Positions 1 to 13,588 are shown, counted from the whole stretch's first letter. The stretch is 63,845 bases of DNA, filler included, from Choristocarpus tenellus KU-1152 (GCA_964200185.2; 9 parts of 9 records of this genome joined end to end with filler, not necessarily neighbours in it), one strand, 5' to 3'. Program-made: numbers and translations. Notes: generated by a model not told the origin, from the letters alone.

Positions 1-23
1 GGGTCTCCCCTCCCCCCCCCCGC

Positions 24-61
<38 letters not shown>

Positions 62-3000
62 AGATACTTTGGGTCACACGACTCAGTCTACTGTCTGTTG
101 GTTTGGTTTGGAATCAATAACACTCTATCTTTTGTCTGAAATCTGTTCTGATCATATTGGCTGATGTGTCTTGATAGAGCAAGACAAGAGGCAAAGGCCT
201 CACGAGTGATACTGTCATGAGCAAGATATTGCCCTCAGGACATGCTTTTGAGAAGTCTTCCCCTCCCCTACTCTCACCATTACCACTGCTACTGCTTGCT
301 GTGCGAACTCGCTTTATTAAAACTGAAAACTCCCTGCGGTAGGGGATGGAGGGTCAGCTTGGGCGCCTCAAGGGGTTAACTGCAGCAAAGCATGAGGAAG
401 ACCTCCTCCTGTTGGACCACAAGGTCAAGAACCGGGACCTGGTCCTCGATGTGATTGAAAACAGGCTAGCCCGTCTAGAGAGTCAACAGTCAGGATCCAA
501 TTAACCTTTAGTGGGAACAATTGATGTGCATGCACAAGACGTCCAGGAGAGTGTAGGCAGAGCTTGTGAGTTGACGGTTGCCAAACAAACCCAAACTGAG
601 AGGGGAGGCTTGAGGAGACTCATGAGAAGCAATGACATCTTGCTGTGTGTGCTTATGTGTTGGTTCTGACATGAAATGTCATCGCCTACCAGGAGGAAGT
701 AGTTGAGGGATTGGCCTATGACAGGGGTTATAGTTTGATAGGCGTAGTATTTGTCTCCCTTATCATCTGTGAGTTCTAATTAATTGTGTTAGATGGGTAA
801 AAGTGTATTTGGTGCAGAGGTAGAGGTTTTAACATGAATGCACTAATGCAATGCTGGTACACCTTCAAATTTTGGGGTTCAGAAGTTGAGGTATTTTTGA
901 TTTTAAACACTGGATGATCCCCTTGTAACCATTGTAACCAATGGATCCCGGATGAATCCACATCAATCCATGTCCTCCTGTTTCAAGACTCTGCAATACA
1001 GTTGGTTGGCCCACAATATTCATGGTTGAGTACTACAATTAGTTCAGCTTTCAAACATGAATGGCACGTTTCTATTGTACATTCTGACATTTGAAGAAAG
1101 GGTCAAATGATCTTTACTATGAAAATGCTTTTGTTGCAGGCTATAATTTCTTCCATCCCTCTCACAAATCATTTTACATCTTTTTATGTTTCACCTGATC
1201 TACCGCTCTGTGATAGTGTGTTGAGCTGGAGGAGGCAAAATATTTGCCCCTCCAATATGGATCAGCCAGAGAGTAATTAAAAGCACCTGAGTGCTAAGTC
1301 AAACCATCAGAAAACATACACGATCAGACATCCCAGCAATAAAGCAGAGAATGATAAGGGCAGCACAACACAGGTAAGGCTGGCCCCATTATGATCATGA
1401 ATATAGTATGCAAGGCACAGTAGTGCAGTATATATATACCATTGCACATAGAGTAGGCCATCAAGTAAACATGTGAGGTGAGCTGTATTATAACCCCAAC
1501 AATACGAATGGGCCTATTATCCATAACCACAGTTCTACTTCTTTGCAAAGACATGAAAGTGATGTGTTTTTCATGTAGGTTTGCAAGGGTAGGGTAGTTG
1601 GGTCCCCCCTAGTTTTCACTTCTGACATATATAGTGTGCTTAGATGACACCCTACTTCATCGAACTACTACTACCATGAGCTATCTCCACCCAACACTCA
1701 GACATCATTGTCCCCTGTCAGAGTTGACAACCATCCCAGCCTTGGGACTAGAACAGAATATAAACTGTCATAACAATACTAGACCTTCGGCCTATCGATC
1801 AAGGCCACTCCCTTCACTAATTAATTGTCTTTCAGCCTTTGTCACAAGCTTTCTGGAATAAGAAAAAAAGTTCAAAAAACTGCAAAAACACATGTCGTGC
1901 GCTCCACCTCACTACGAACTCAAAACCCTTTTTCACTTGTTTACTAAAGTACAACAGACCAATGTGTACACTCACCCTACCCTCTGTAAGGTCAGCATAG
2001 CTCAGCACGATTGGTTTGCTGATGCTTGCTACCCCGCCTCCATTCAAAAGAGGTGCAGGCTACTGCATCAAGGGGCTTATCGCATATCCAGAGTCCAGAG
2101 ACGTATTTCAAAACACTCTTCTCACCTACACGCATCATGTGCAACAGTCACACACCATGCAGACAAGCTCAGAATATCTGCACTAAAGATCCTTTCAGAA
2201 GCAGCCCTTCCGCCCAAGGCAAAAAAATGTCTCCATGGCCTGAAGAACCACCCTCTGCAATCTAAGCCTGGATCTCTCACAGATACTTGACTGGTAACAT
2301 CTACACTAGGTCCAGCAATGCCACCGGGCATATAATTCCACATTGCTATGCCCAATAACTAACTAATAGACAATCCTATCAGTGTGGATGTTCGACCCAT
2401 TGATTTCGACACAAGCCACTGGATACAATCTCCCTCACTATTTGAACACTGCCCTTCATACCGGTAGGGAGGGTGTCTCAATCAACCTCTCAATGGAAAC
2501 AAGCCACAACTTCATGATATTCATGATATTTACTCTCTCTTAGGACCAGCGACATCGAAAAAATACAAAGTTCAGCAAGAGCTCCGTCGCATTGGCCCCA
2601 AGGTGAACCAAGTCATGGGGGTGAGGGCATGGAAGTCTGAGGCGGACCAAAAGTCTCACTGAAGTGCTCGAAGGCCTTGAGCCTCTGCAAGGCGTACTCC
2701 ACAAAGTCAAAGTTTATTGATGACACCTGCAAAAACAAACGACCACATCGGGGCAGTTACCCCCAACCCAGACAGGAGAGAGGATAGGGTTCAGCGTTAG
2801 CCCTAGACTGTCACACAAGAAGTGACACAAAAATGTGGATGTTGCCGATGAGCAAGCTTCAGATGCAATCACTTCCGCTAGAGGTGATAAAAGAGTGTGC
2901 ACACAATCAGAATCACAAACAGCTTTTTACAGAGCGCTCCCTCCACAGCAGAGCTGCCTCTCTCCAGTCCCATCCCCGCACAACTGAGATACCGACAAGA

Positions 3001-3944
3001 TGAAAGGTTTGGACTCGCAGATGATGGCGTGGGATGCTGAACTACTCCCCCCCAAAGAAAACATTCGGGTGCTTGTAAAATAGCATGGAAGTCAAAACAA
3101 CAACGAGGCAAGAACTTTCTATATAATAGTTCAAAACCGAACAAAGATTCCTTTTCGGAAGACACTCTTCTTGAAACAAAGGGTCACGCTTCTCAGCACC
3201 TTTGATTGCAGTAGACCCCAAAGGGCCCACAGAAGGTGGGACGTTAGAGAGTACGAATTCGCCTCCAGGACCAAAGTATCCACATCTGATGGGCTGACTT
3301 TTGAGGGCGGAATCTGGACAAGACGAGACAGTGTGAAAAAAGGGTTGTCACCACCAGTGAGAGGGAACAAGCATAGACACCCAGGAGGAGAAGGGGGGGG
3401 GGGAGGGGGGGGGGGGAAGGTAGGACAACAGAAAGCTGAATGCTCTTTCCTTGCGAAATATGTATCATTGTACTGTATGTGCATGCAGCCACCTCAAAAT
3501 GTCTATAAAAAACGTAACAAAACCTACTAACAAAAAATGCACTACATTGCCTGATACGGAATACCGTCCATAGAGTGACCATGGGCTAAATATGAGCTGT
3601 GTGGTAATTTACATTTCTTGTACCTTTCTTGGAAAATTCCTTCTCCTCCACTCTGCTAGGAGTAGGCTAATACAAAAGATAGAAGTTCTGGGTATACTAA
3701 GGAACTCCTTTCCCACCCCCACCGCCACCGCATGCCATTCCCCCTGACTGCACAAAAAATACAAAATAAAAGCAAATCCTTGAAAAAATGATCATAATGA
3801 TGAGACAAGAGTGCAGAGGAATCGATCCATGCCATATGCATCTTAAAAAGTCAAATAAAATATTTCAGCCATATTCCATCGACACAGCTCATACCTCTTG
3901 CAACATGTCCCCTATTCCTCTAAGTGATCATTACAACTATCAAT

Positions 3945-4512
3945 AATACCAACAATGACCAATACAACCATCAATATTACCAACAATGACCAATACAACC
4001 ATCAATAATATCAACAATGATCAATAAAACCATCAATATTACCAACAACGACCAATACAACCATCAATATTACCAACAATGACCAATACAACCATCAATA
4101 ACATCAACAATGATCAATACAACCATAAATATTACCAACAATGACCAATACAACCATCAAAAATATCAACAATGATCAATAAAACCATAAATATTACCAA
4201 CAATGACCAATACAACCATCAATAACATCAACAATGATCAATACAACCATCAATATTATCAACAATGACCAATACAACCATCAATAACATCAACAATGAT
4301 CAATACAATCATCAATAACATCAACAATGATCAATAAAACCATCAATAATATCAACAATGATCAATACAACCATCAATATTACCAACAATGATCAATACA
4401 ACCATCAATATTACCAACAATGATCAATACAACCATCAATAACATCAACAATGATCAATACAATCATCAATAACATCAACAATGATCAATACAACCATAA
4501 ATAATATCAACA
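3945..4512. repeat. 31-bp minisatellite, ~18 copies
   Basis: Tandem unit ~AATACAACCATCAATATTACCAACAATGACC with point variants. Confidence 0.9.
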
Positions 4513-4699
4513 ATCACCGATACCAATAAAAATGGACTTAACAAAAATGGACTGAGTACCAACCAGTAGCACTTCAGTTTATCTTTTTGTGAGTTTGCAC
4601 CTTGGCTCTCAGAGCATGTGTGTCCTACCTTGACAAATCACTACTATCAATATAACAATATAAACTCTTGGAAAAGAAAAAAGGGCACCAATTTCTTAC

Positions 4700-5026
4700 C
4701 CCCAGAGATGCCGCCAAGTATGCCTGACAGAACAGTCTTTGCTCGTTCTGGTCTGGATAGTGCTCAGTGTTGATAACATGGGGCTCCAGAGACTTATAGT
4801 CCGCCATCCACTCACAAAAGTGATTCCCCACATCAAATCCCCTGGGGTTATAGGCTGCAAACTCAAAGTCAATGAGGTGAAGGTGCCCCCTCTTCACCTC
4901 AGGACCTGAGAGATGGGCAGGAAATTGTCCTGTCTGGGCATGGACCACTGAACTGCTGATAGATTGATCATTCTCATGAGGTTTTGACTGCTCCCCACTT
5001 ACCTCCTTGTACAAGAAGTTTCCATG
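4700..5026 (-). CDS. Choline/ethanolamine kinase, internal exon
   Basis: HGNFLY...LIDFEFAAYNPRGFDVGNHFCEW...YPDQNEQRLFCQAYL matches the choline kinase motif. Acceptor ttgttcag at 5027 and donor gtaag at 4699. An internal gtaagt near 5002 may split it into two exons. Confidence 0.85.
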
Positions 5027-5504
5027 CTGAACAACATAATGGAACAAGAGGAGAGAGAGTGTTAGAGTGTAGGTGTAGGTGTAGGCTTTAGGAGGGGGGG
5101 GAGGGGGGTTCTGAGGTGGCAATCAGGGGCAGGTATGAGGGTAAATATTTAGAACTGAGACTGTACCAAAGGGCGTATGTACAGGCTCAAGAAAATCAAC
5201 TAAACAAGTTTCATTTTCCCATTTGAAAAAAATGAAAAAAACTCCCATAACCATAATAGTTCTCCTACTCACTAAACACCTACCCTTCCTAAGAATGTGA
5301 AACCAAATTGAGCACTCCATCAAGAGTATCAGACAATAAGGGTTGCCTCTTTAACTTGAACTGGTGTCAACTACCCATTGGCCTGTTACTTGCAAGAAGT
5401 CCAAATCAAGAGTTGCTCATTGGCAACACCACCCCCCTGATCTTAACTACCATGGTCTCCTGCCCCCCTTGCCCAAATTTGCAAATCTACAGTCCCCCCC
5501 CCAC

Positions 5505-5604
5505 NNNNNNNNNNNNNNNNNNNNNNNNNNNNNNNNNNNNNNNNNNNNTTAATTAATTAANNNNNNNNNNNNNNNNNNNNNNNNNNNNNNNNNNNNNNNN
5601 NNNN
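5505..5604. other. Artificial contig spacer (N44-TTAATTAATTAA-N44). Also at 12185-12284, 17995-18094, 29610-29709, 34234-34333, 38757-38856, 49989-50088, 58788-58887
   Basis: Eight identical 100-bp blocks carrying a six-frame stop linker. Confidence 0.98.
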
Positions 5605-5619
5605 TTCACCACTATCAAT

Positions 5620-7014
5620 ATTGCACTACTGCCTTCCTGTGCTTCCCATCTACCTCCCCCTGCGCCCCGGGGGGGGGGGCTAGGGAGGCATCCCAAGAAT
5701 CCAACAGACCCCTCCCTGCCCATCTCCCTGGTGACTCTAGTTTGAAGTGCATGAGACGTCTAGACAATGCCACTTGCGTAGTCACCGAGACAATTTGGTG
5801 TAGCCAGGATTTAACTACTCCTTTCCTGCAATATCCTACCGCTCCTCTCCCCCCTACCATGTGAGTAGCCAGCTCATCCACGAAGCATTCCGCTTGCTTG
5901 CCGAGGCGCCCAAAACTTCCCACCACGAAGGTGTTAAGGTTATAACTACAAGGATCAAAGGAGCCCTCGTAGTGGGTGTGCTTTTGCGCCTCAGCTGCAG
6001 CAGCAGCTACATCATTGCTGGTGGATGAGTAGGTTAGGTAGGTAGGAGGTTGCCTGTACCTCTGCGAAGGTGACATCTAGCAGAAGACCTTTGTCCCTGT
6101 AGGGAGCTGTTCCGGCGTCCACTAGTGCCCCTGCATGGAACACCAGATCCATGCGGAGATTCCTGTCCACTGCGAAAGGGCTACCGTCCTCCGTAGTGCA
6201 AGGGGTGCCCATCCCCTGGCATAGTTGGTGCGGGCGTTGGAGTGTCTTGTCGTACTTGTCCCCCTGCCCTGGGGCAGGTGCAGGCATGTCTGTTATCGAC
6301 ATTTTGCCTCCTGCACCTGGGCACCAGTTTGATAGGGCCTCCTCCCTCCCTAGGGATCTGCTGACTGTGAATTCTAGAGGGAGGATCTGGCATGCTGGTT
6401 CCAGAGGTTGAGTTGAGGCCCACGTGTTTGCCCCTTGTCCACACTGGCTCCGGTGGTGCCCTAGGGCTAATGAGGAGCTTCCCTCGCTTGGTGTGCCTAA
6501 TTTGGAAGGCCGGCCAGTTGCGTCCTGAAGGAGTTAAAACGGATCCTATTGAGGAGGCGTGTGATCTCGTGTTGAGCCTTCCTTGTGATCCCGGCGTCAT
6601 GGGCAGCTAGATTTTGTGCCTCTGGGGTAGGTGCAGGGGGTGTTGTTCCCCCCCTGGTTACCCAGTCTTGGCCAATGATTTCCGCAAGGTCTTCTGAGGG
6701 GACACCTGTAGAAAGAAGGGTGTGAATGGACAATCCTAAGGCTTGTATCGTAGGGCTCGTACAGATAGCTTGTGCAAAGGACTCGCCATGAGGCCCTTGC
6801 TGCCTTGCTAGGAGGGCGGGGAGTGTAGTCACCAGTGATCCTACGAAAGCCGCATGTTGGCGGTGTTTCATAGAGGAGAGGCCCAGACCCCCCGCACTTG
6901 TAGGCATCTGCGCCTGCACTTATTGGTGGGTCCCTAGGCAGAGAGACCCATTGTTGCACCCTCCCTCAAAGAAATCCGTCGCCTCTGTCAAGTCGGCTAT
7001 CTCCATTATCCTCT
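5620..7014 (-). mobile_element. 5'-truncated, frameshifted non-LTR retrotransposon (CRE-like) with RT thumb region and restriction-like endonuclease (RLE)
   Basis: QAQMPTSAGGLGLSS...AAFVGS, then RMDLVF...LLLDVTF...AAAAAEAQKHTHY...FVVGSFGRLGKQA (PD-(D/E)xK RLE pattern), spread over several frames. Confidence 0.8.
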
Positions 7015-7236
7015 CTAGTGTCCATAGGGAGGTATTATCTGCTTGCTAATATATATTGTCCACTGGGTGCCCAATATCACTATATTAGTACTATTGTCCC
7101 ACATACCACTTGTAATAGCCCTTTGGCCCACCATACCGCTATGCACGTCACTACTTTGTATTGTACCGAACCAAAGATAAACGTACATAAAACCTATGTT
7201 ATATACTTGTATCAGCGCAGACAACATAACGATAAT

Positions 7237-7510
7237 ACTAGGTTATTCGACATCCTTCCCTCGCTGAAAACAAAAAATAACTCTCAAACAATCACATTAA
7301 CAAAAAAAATACAACACACATGTTATCTTACATGTTCCTCACAAACTTCACATGCTCTCTAAAAACTCGAACTGGCAAATTCTTGGTCAGAACATCTGTC
7401 CTCTGATTTACAGTACCAACGAAAATAACACGAATCTTTCCTTTTCTAGCTAAGTCCCTCAGAAAATGGTGTCGGACATCAATGCAAGGAAAACACTAGG
7501 TTATTCGACA
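7237..7510 (-). mobile_element. Internally deleted Ty1/Copia remnant: RNase H C-terminus, PPT and LTR start
   Basis: Minus strand 7485-7330 reads HIDVRHHFLRDLARKGKIRVIFVGTVNQRTDVLTKNL. PPT GAGGGAAGGA abuts TGTCGAATAACCTAGT at 7252, and the same 16-mer occurs at 7510-7495. Confidence 0.85.
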
Positions 7511-8613
7511 TACCAATCATTGTCAGCTGCTGGACTCCCCACCTGCCGAGCTGTTCCCCGAAAAGGGCTAGGAGAGGAACAGGAGTCTCGAGACTGAGGA
7601 AGTGGACCAGGCAGCAGCAACTGGTATTGATGAGCATACTCCTGATCACATGGTTCTAACGTAACTGGTAGGGGGAAGATGTCCAGTCAATTAGTGCCTG
7701 TGCAGCTGCTCGCCGTTCTCAAGAATGGCCCCATGAACAAGGGCCGTACCCCAGACTTCAACCGACCGTTATCATGTGGCATACCTCCTGGGAAGGAGAA
7801 GTAGAGGAAGACAGTAACCTCAGACACAGAAAACATCACGAGTATTTGTTTCACATCTTTCGTCAGCAGCAGAGATACAATGTGCAGACTTAATCCCAGG
7901 GGTGAGGGTAGGACTAGCCAGAAAACGCTGAGAGCTGAACAAACTGAGCTGAAAGGTGGAAACAGCGTTGAGATTAGTGGTAGTGGTGTCAGTGATATTG
8001 TGAGGTCTGCCTTTGGAAAATCTATAACGAAGTCCCTTTAGGAGAGTGTTCGTCTCAGACAGGAGTTGGAGAACCTCCGACAAATGGAGGCACGCTCAAC
8101 TAGAATCAGGGACTGCAAGCAATGAGGAGATTCAACTGCTTGTTAACATGTGTTAAATAGATGAAACTCAGGAGAAGATGCACTATTGAAATTGTTTAGA
8201 AGTTCTCTCTATGAGTACCCCCTCACTACCACTGCAGTTAGTGCACAGTGAGTGCAGCAGCACCTTGCAGTCTGTACATTCTGACTAGTCCCCCACTGTC
8301 AATGCAGTATCTGGACAGTCTTTGGGGTTGTTGCTAAAGACCCCCACTGTCAGTAATGTAGTCATATCACAGTCTGTGCAACAGCCCCGTGCAACGCCTG
8401 CACGGTCTTTGCAGCTGTTGCAGCAACCCTTTACACACGCTAGGAGGTCCCCAGAAGACAGTGAGGAACACTCTATACAGGGAGTTCGGGTGACTCTATA
8501 GATGCAGGAAACAATAACTAAGACGGTGGGACAGGGGGGTTAGGGTTCAGAAAGGGAGAAGGGGTGGGTTAACTATTAGTGTTGTGTACCACTGCACAAA
8601 TCAAAATCATGAA

Positions 8614-8871
8614 AAGTGAAAGTATCTTAGAGGGTATGAGTTTTTGCCTGTTTGTCCATTTGGGGTTGGCTTCCTACGGTCTTTCAATGACCTTTTACCT
8701 ACTCCGAAATGTTTTGAAGGAGGTAAAATGCGTACGTTATGAAAAGGTATGTCCAGAACAAGAATATTATCATCTTCTAACAAACATGATAGCCAAAATT
8801 ACATAAATATTGCAACATTGGATTTCGGCCCCCAAATGGACGCAGCTCTACCCTCTAAGATACTTTGACTC
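8614..8871 (+). mobile_element. MITE family A copy (~258 bp)
   Basis: TIRs AAGTGAAAGTATCTTAGAGGGTA / TACCCTCTAAGATACTTTGACTC; TGAA on both flanks. Confidence 0.9.
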
Positions 8872-9095
8872 TGAATACACAGACATAAAACTCGTTTATG
8901 CTGAAATATCGGATTTACTCTCGAACTCCAGTCTCCTTCGAACATGGGTACAGTACTTTATGGCATGCCATGACAGCCTACCCACCCATCTCGAGTCAAG
9001 CTGCGTCCCAATGACAGTGCTTCTTGACACTCAAGGAACTACGTTTTTACACTTGGTTCGAATTTTAGCAAACATTTGGTTTGTGTTGTGCCTAT

Positions 9096-9274
9096 GACCC
9101 AAAGTATCTGGGGGGGGGGGGGGGTCTACACCAGAGTGTCCATTTGGACCAAAACCAGGAAAAGTGCACTTTCATTATCCATCCAGCGTAAGGAACCAAA
9201 TCATCCAAAAATCGAGACATGAAAAAATTGCCCCCAAATGGACAGCCGCCACCCCCTCCCAGATACTTTGAGCC
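9096..9274. mobile_element. Short MITE related to family A
   Basis: GACCCAAAGTATCTGGGG...CCCCTCCCAGATACTTTGAGCC; TAT on both flanks. The same terminus appears at 61-75 and 18095-18115. Confidence 0.75.
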
Positions 9275-9806
9275 TATAGCAAAACATACAAGAAGCCAGG
9301 AATGAACATTGGTGAGGAAGAAAACCTCTGCTACTTCCTCCTGCCATCCTCCTTCCACCTGCCATCCTCCTTCCACCTGCTCTCCTACGCATTCTCTCAA
9401 CCCTAACCCTGGTTCGCATGCTACCAAAGAGTGTATTGCTTTACTACAAAGAAGAAGATTATAGAATATGCTTTATTAGTTTACAGCGAAGAGTAAGTCC
9501 TATCTATAAGGGGGTTGTCCTACCCTCCAAGATCATCTTAGCAAACAATCTTAGAACTTATCTAACAATATATTTCCTAGAACATTACTCGAATATCACG
9601 ATATTCTACTATTCCTTTCCATTACTCATAAATTTTTCTACTCACACTGTATTGATACAAAAGCATTTCTTAATTTTTATACTAATAGCAATATCAAGTG
9701 TGTAGAGTACTACAACGCATGTCGCTATGCAAACAAACACTGGGCCAGGGCCCCAGGACATTCAAGTGCCAGGACATTCAAGTGCCAGGACGGATATTGT
9801 TGAACT

Positions 9807-10340
9807 CTAGGGCCACTCCAACTGCCCATACCTACTTCTATGGTCGAAGTGGATCTCCCTCTGAGAAAGGAAATCCTCTTCCACTTCATCAGCTACTGCA
9901 GTTCCACCTCCTCCCCACCCCATACCACTGTGCTCCATGGAAGGGTCAGCGACATAGGCTTCATGCAGACCACCCTTCCCACTCCACTCCACTCCTTGCT
10001 CAAACCGATCTAATCCACCATACACATGAAGACTAATATGGAGAATTAAGTACATGTAGAGTATGTTAATTCTCTCCTCACTCCGGAACTCCAGTGGCAA
10101 CTTCAGGACATGGAAACGGCCTTTGAGGATTCCAAAGAAGCACTTTACGTCCTTTCTCATACTTTCGAAGCACTGGCTCTATATCACTGGTCCTCAGTGC
10201 AGTTGGCCTTGTAAGGAGGGATGAGGCGCTTCCACTCTGTGTTGTATGAGGGGCAAGGGAGATGGTTGAATGTGAATACCCTACATGCAAGTCGTACTTG
10301 AACATAATATGGTCTGAGTGGGCACGCCCTAGCATCAAGT
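9807..10340 (-). pseudogene. PIF/Harbinger-type DDE transposase C-terminal remnant
   Basis: FESMRKDVKCFFGILKGRFHVLKLPLEFRSEERIN resembles the (E)SxRKDVECxFGILKGRF motif; frame disrupted. Confidence 0.8.
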
Positions 10341-11216
10341 TAGCACTGTATAGAACAGTGGTGACATTTTCGCAAAATCATGAAAAGATGCGCATCATCT
10401 CTCTGATATCCTTACCTTGAAAGCTCAAAAATAAGTGATGTCTACTAGCTATGTGCTTTGTGTGAGAAGAACACTAGTGGTACAGTTCACAAGCCTAATG
10501 ACTACATCATTGTCCTAATGAACATCAATTCAGCACCTGGGGAACTTAGGTTATGAAACTCTAACACGAGGAACAAGGTATCAGCACCTCCGTATATACA
10601 CCTTGTGGTAGCCACAATCAATAGTGAGGTACGCTCATCTCTGCAGCCTAGCAATTTCCTTATCTGAATGGATTGGGAAATGCTCCCATAACTGATTCCA
10701 CACTCAGAAGGTGAAGCTGCATTGCCGACAATACACCTGTAGAATCCATTCTAATTCCTCAGCAAGGGATCGTATGCCTTCTTAGCCTTGACAATTTCTT
10801 CACTCACCCCTTCCTCCTTGATGAAGTTGACGTCACCCGTACGGAGAGCATCCTCCCTATCCTCCAATGCTTGGTCAATGCTGTTGTCCTCTGCCCCCAA
10901 GAAGGCATGCGTCATTGCGAACCAGGGGAAACACAGTTTTTGTCCGACAATTGGAGGAGGTTTGTTTGGAGCCATGAGTATAGTTTACCTTCCCAGTCAC
11001 CCCAGTCCAAGTTGTGCCTTGTCCAGCTGTATTATTTATGACACTTAAGCGTACAAGCTTACCGTATAGAAACGTTTGTTGCCGAGGACTGCTGGTGGGT
11101 ATCATGGTTAACATACACTGGAGACATTAATTAAATTATGTGTTTGTGTCAGCCATAAATCACCTCACGCATTTATGAAAACGATTCATCATACCGAATG
11201 TACTACGATACTATGT

Positions 11217-11474
11217 GAGCCAAAGTATATTAGAGGGTACAGCCGCGTTCATTTGGGGTCCAAAGTCCAATGTTGCAATTTTGACGTAATTTTGGCTATT
11301 GTGTGTGTTAGGAAGTGTCGATGTCGATGTTCTGGACACAACTTTTAATAACGTGTACATTTTACCCACTCCGAAACATTTTGGAGAAGGAAAATGTATT
11401 AAAAAGCCCATGGGAAGCCAAGTCCCAAATGGACAAACAGGGCAAAACTCGTACCCTCTAACATACATTCACTC
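11217..11474 (-). mobile_element. MITE family A copy
   Basis: GAGCCAAAGTATATTAGAGGGTA...TACCCTCTAACATACATTCACTC; TGT on both flanks. Confidence 0.9.
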
Positions 11475-12504
11475 TGTATTGTACCGAACATTTCATAAAC
11501 ATACACGAAACTGTCACAATGTATTATACGCTTTTATTTGCACACACAATACAAGCATGTATCATTAGTTATTGTGACAACACCAGGAATGAGGACCCTC
11601 ATGGTCTTTTGCATGGTCGCCCTCGTTATGGAGCAGAAATTATTGGTCCACACCCCGAAGCATCTTGGCACCATCTAGAGGCATCTACACTGCTATTTAA
11701 GTTTTCTTCAGCACTTTTCGTAGGAGCATAGTGTGCTCGACTTTCCTCCATATCGAGGAGCAGAAATCACCGAAGGAAGAAAAGCTCATTTTTCTCCAGG
11801 TACCCCCTAGTAAGATGAACTCCTGAAGAAAAATGGAATCCACTTCTCCCTATAGAAGTTGGGCTTAGTAGTGTAACAGCTTGTTTGTAGGGTGGAAATC
11901 ATAGTGCAATGTGCACTGTCATCTGAACACGTCCGGGGCTAAGTACGGTCGAGGTAGTGAAAAAGCTTCCAGACTTAATTAAGGAGCATCACTAATGCGA
12001 AAAAAATTCGAGACATTTTGCACTATTCTCGAGAGTAAATCATTATGATGACGTCATGAGACAATTGATGACTTAATGGAAAAACCACTAGAAACGTCTC
12101 TAATGGATTTGTATCTTTAACAGCCTCTCGGCAAAATTGAGGATGGAGCATTTTATGGAGGATGATTTTGACCCAAAATGGTGCNNNNNNNNNNNNNNNN
12201 NNNNNNNNNNNNNNNNNNNNNNNNNNNNTTAATTAATTAANNNNNNNNNNNNNNNNNNNNNNNNNNNNNNNNNNNNNNNNNNNNGGAGAGGGAAGGGAAG
12301 GTTCGACCTTTGGAGAGCTGTATTTTAACTCCCCCCATACAACGTTATATCATTCCATATATTGTTGTAGGTATCATTATCATTATCATTATCATTATCA
12401 TTATCACTCAACAACGAATAAGCATGAAGACACCGCCATCCAGCCCCTGGAAACCTACCAGGCAACCATGCGACCACGTGTCTACTGTTCGACGTGCATC
12501 TCCA

Positions 12505-12852
12505 AAACAACGACAGTATTAATAATAACAACAACGACAGTATTAATAATAACAATAACAATATTAATAATAACAACGACAGTATTAATAATAATAACAA
12601 TAACAGTATTAATAATAACAACGACAGTATTAATAATAACAATAACAGTATTAATAATAACAACGATAGTATTAATAATAATAACAACGACAGTATTAAT
12701 AATAATAACAACGATAGTATTAATAATAACAATAACAATATTAATAATAACAACGACAGTATTAATAATAACAATAACAGTATTAATAATAACAACAATA
12801 GTATTAATAATAACAATAACAATAACAGTATTAATAATAACAATACCAATTA
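12505..12852. repeat. AAT/AAC-rich compound microsatellite
   Basis: (AATAATAACAACGACAGTATT)n-like array; it produces the spurious poly-N/I/L ORFs. Confidence 0.9.
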
Positions 12853-13049
12853 ATAACATTTGTTTTCCTTCGCTCACCGCCCGGCCTGTCCTGTTCCATC
12901 AAAAGTTAACCGTTCTTCCCATTCATTAATTTTCCTAAGCCTCGGATGCATCGCATTCACTCTCGGAACAATACCTGCAATTCAAATAACAATATAAAAT
13001 ATTATTCATTGATATTTGCCAAAGTAGTAGTAGTACCGACACGCACACA

Positions 13050-13360
13050 AACCAACATAAAAACATATTATGTATACAAACATACATGTGTCTATATGTA
13101 TATATATAGACACACACACACACACATCACCAACATAAAATACGTATTATGTATACAAACATACATGTGTCTATATGTATATATATAGACACACACACAC
13201 ACACACATCACCAACATAAAATACGTATTATGTATACAAACATACATGTGTCTATATGTATATATATAGACACACATACACACACACATCACCAACATAA
13301 AATACGTATTATGTATACAAACATACACGCATCTATGTATATATATAGACACATACACAT
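13050..13360. repeat. ~76-78 bp tandem repeat, ~4 copies, with CA/TA tracts
   Basis: ACCAACATAAAATACGTATTATGTATACAAACATACATGTGTCTATATG... repeated. Confidence 0.85.
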
Positions 13361-13545
13361 ATGAATTTATAAACATATATATGTGCATGTAACCATATAG
13401 TATGAACTGTGCGATTCTGTTGGAGGCGTGCGCCTCAATCACTCGTAAGATCCTCCACTGAAATCGATAATTCCTCACAAGGAAACCTCAATCGGCATAA
13501 TGGTATATAGCATACGACAGTAACGGTATAACAAACCTACTTTTC

Positions 13546-13588
<43 letters not shown>

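Noticed and set aside
3945-4512. CRISPR-like periodicity here and at 29085-29568
   Set aside because: Head-to-tail units with no unique spacers and no cas genes; these are minisatellites
12325-12929. Poly-Leu/Ile/Asn ORFs, also at 16392-16791 and 28573-28877
   Set aside because: Translations of trinucleotide microsatellites
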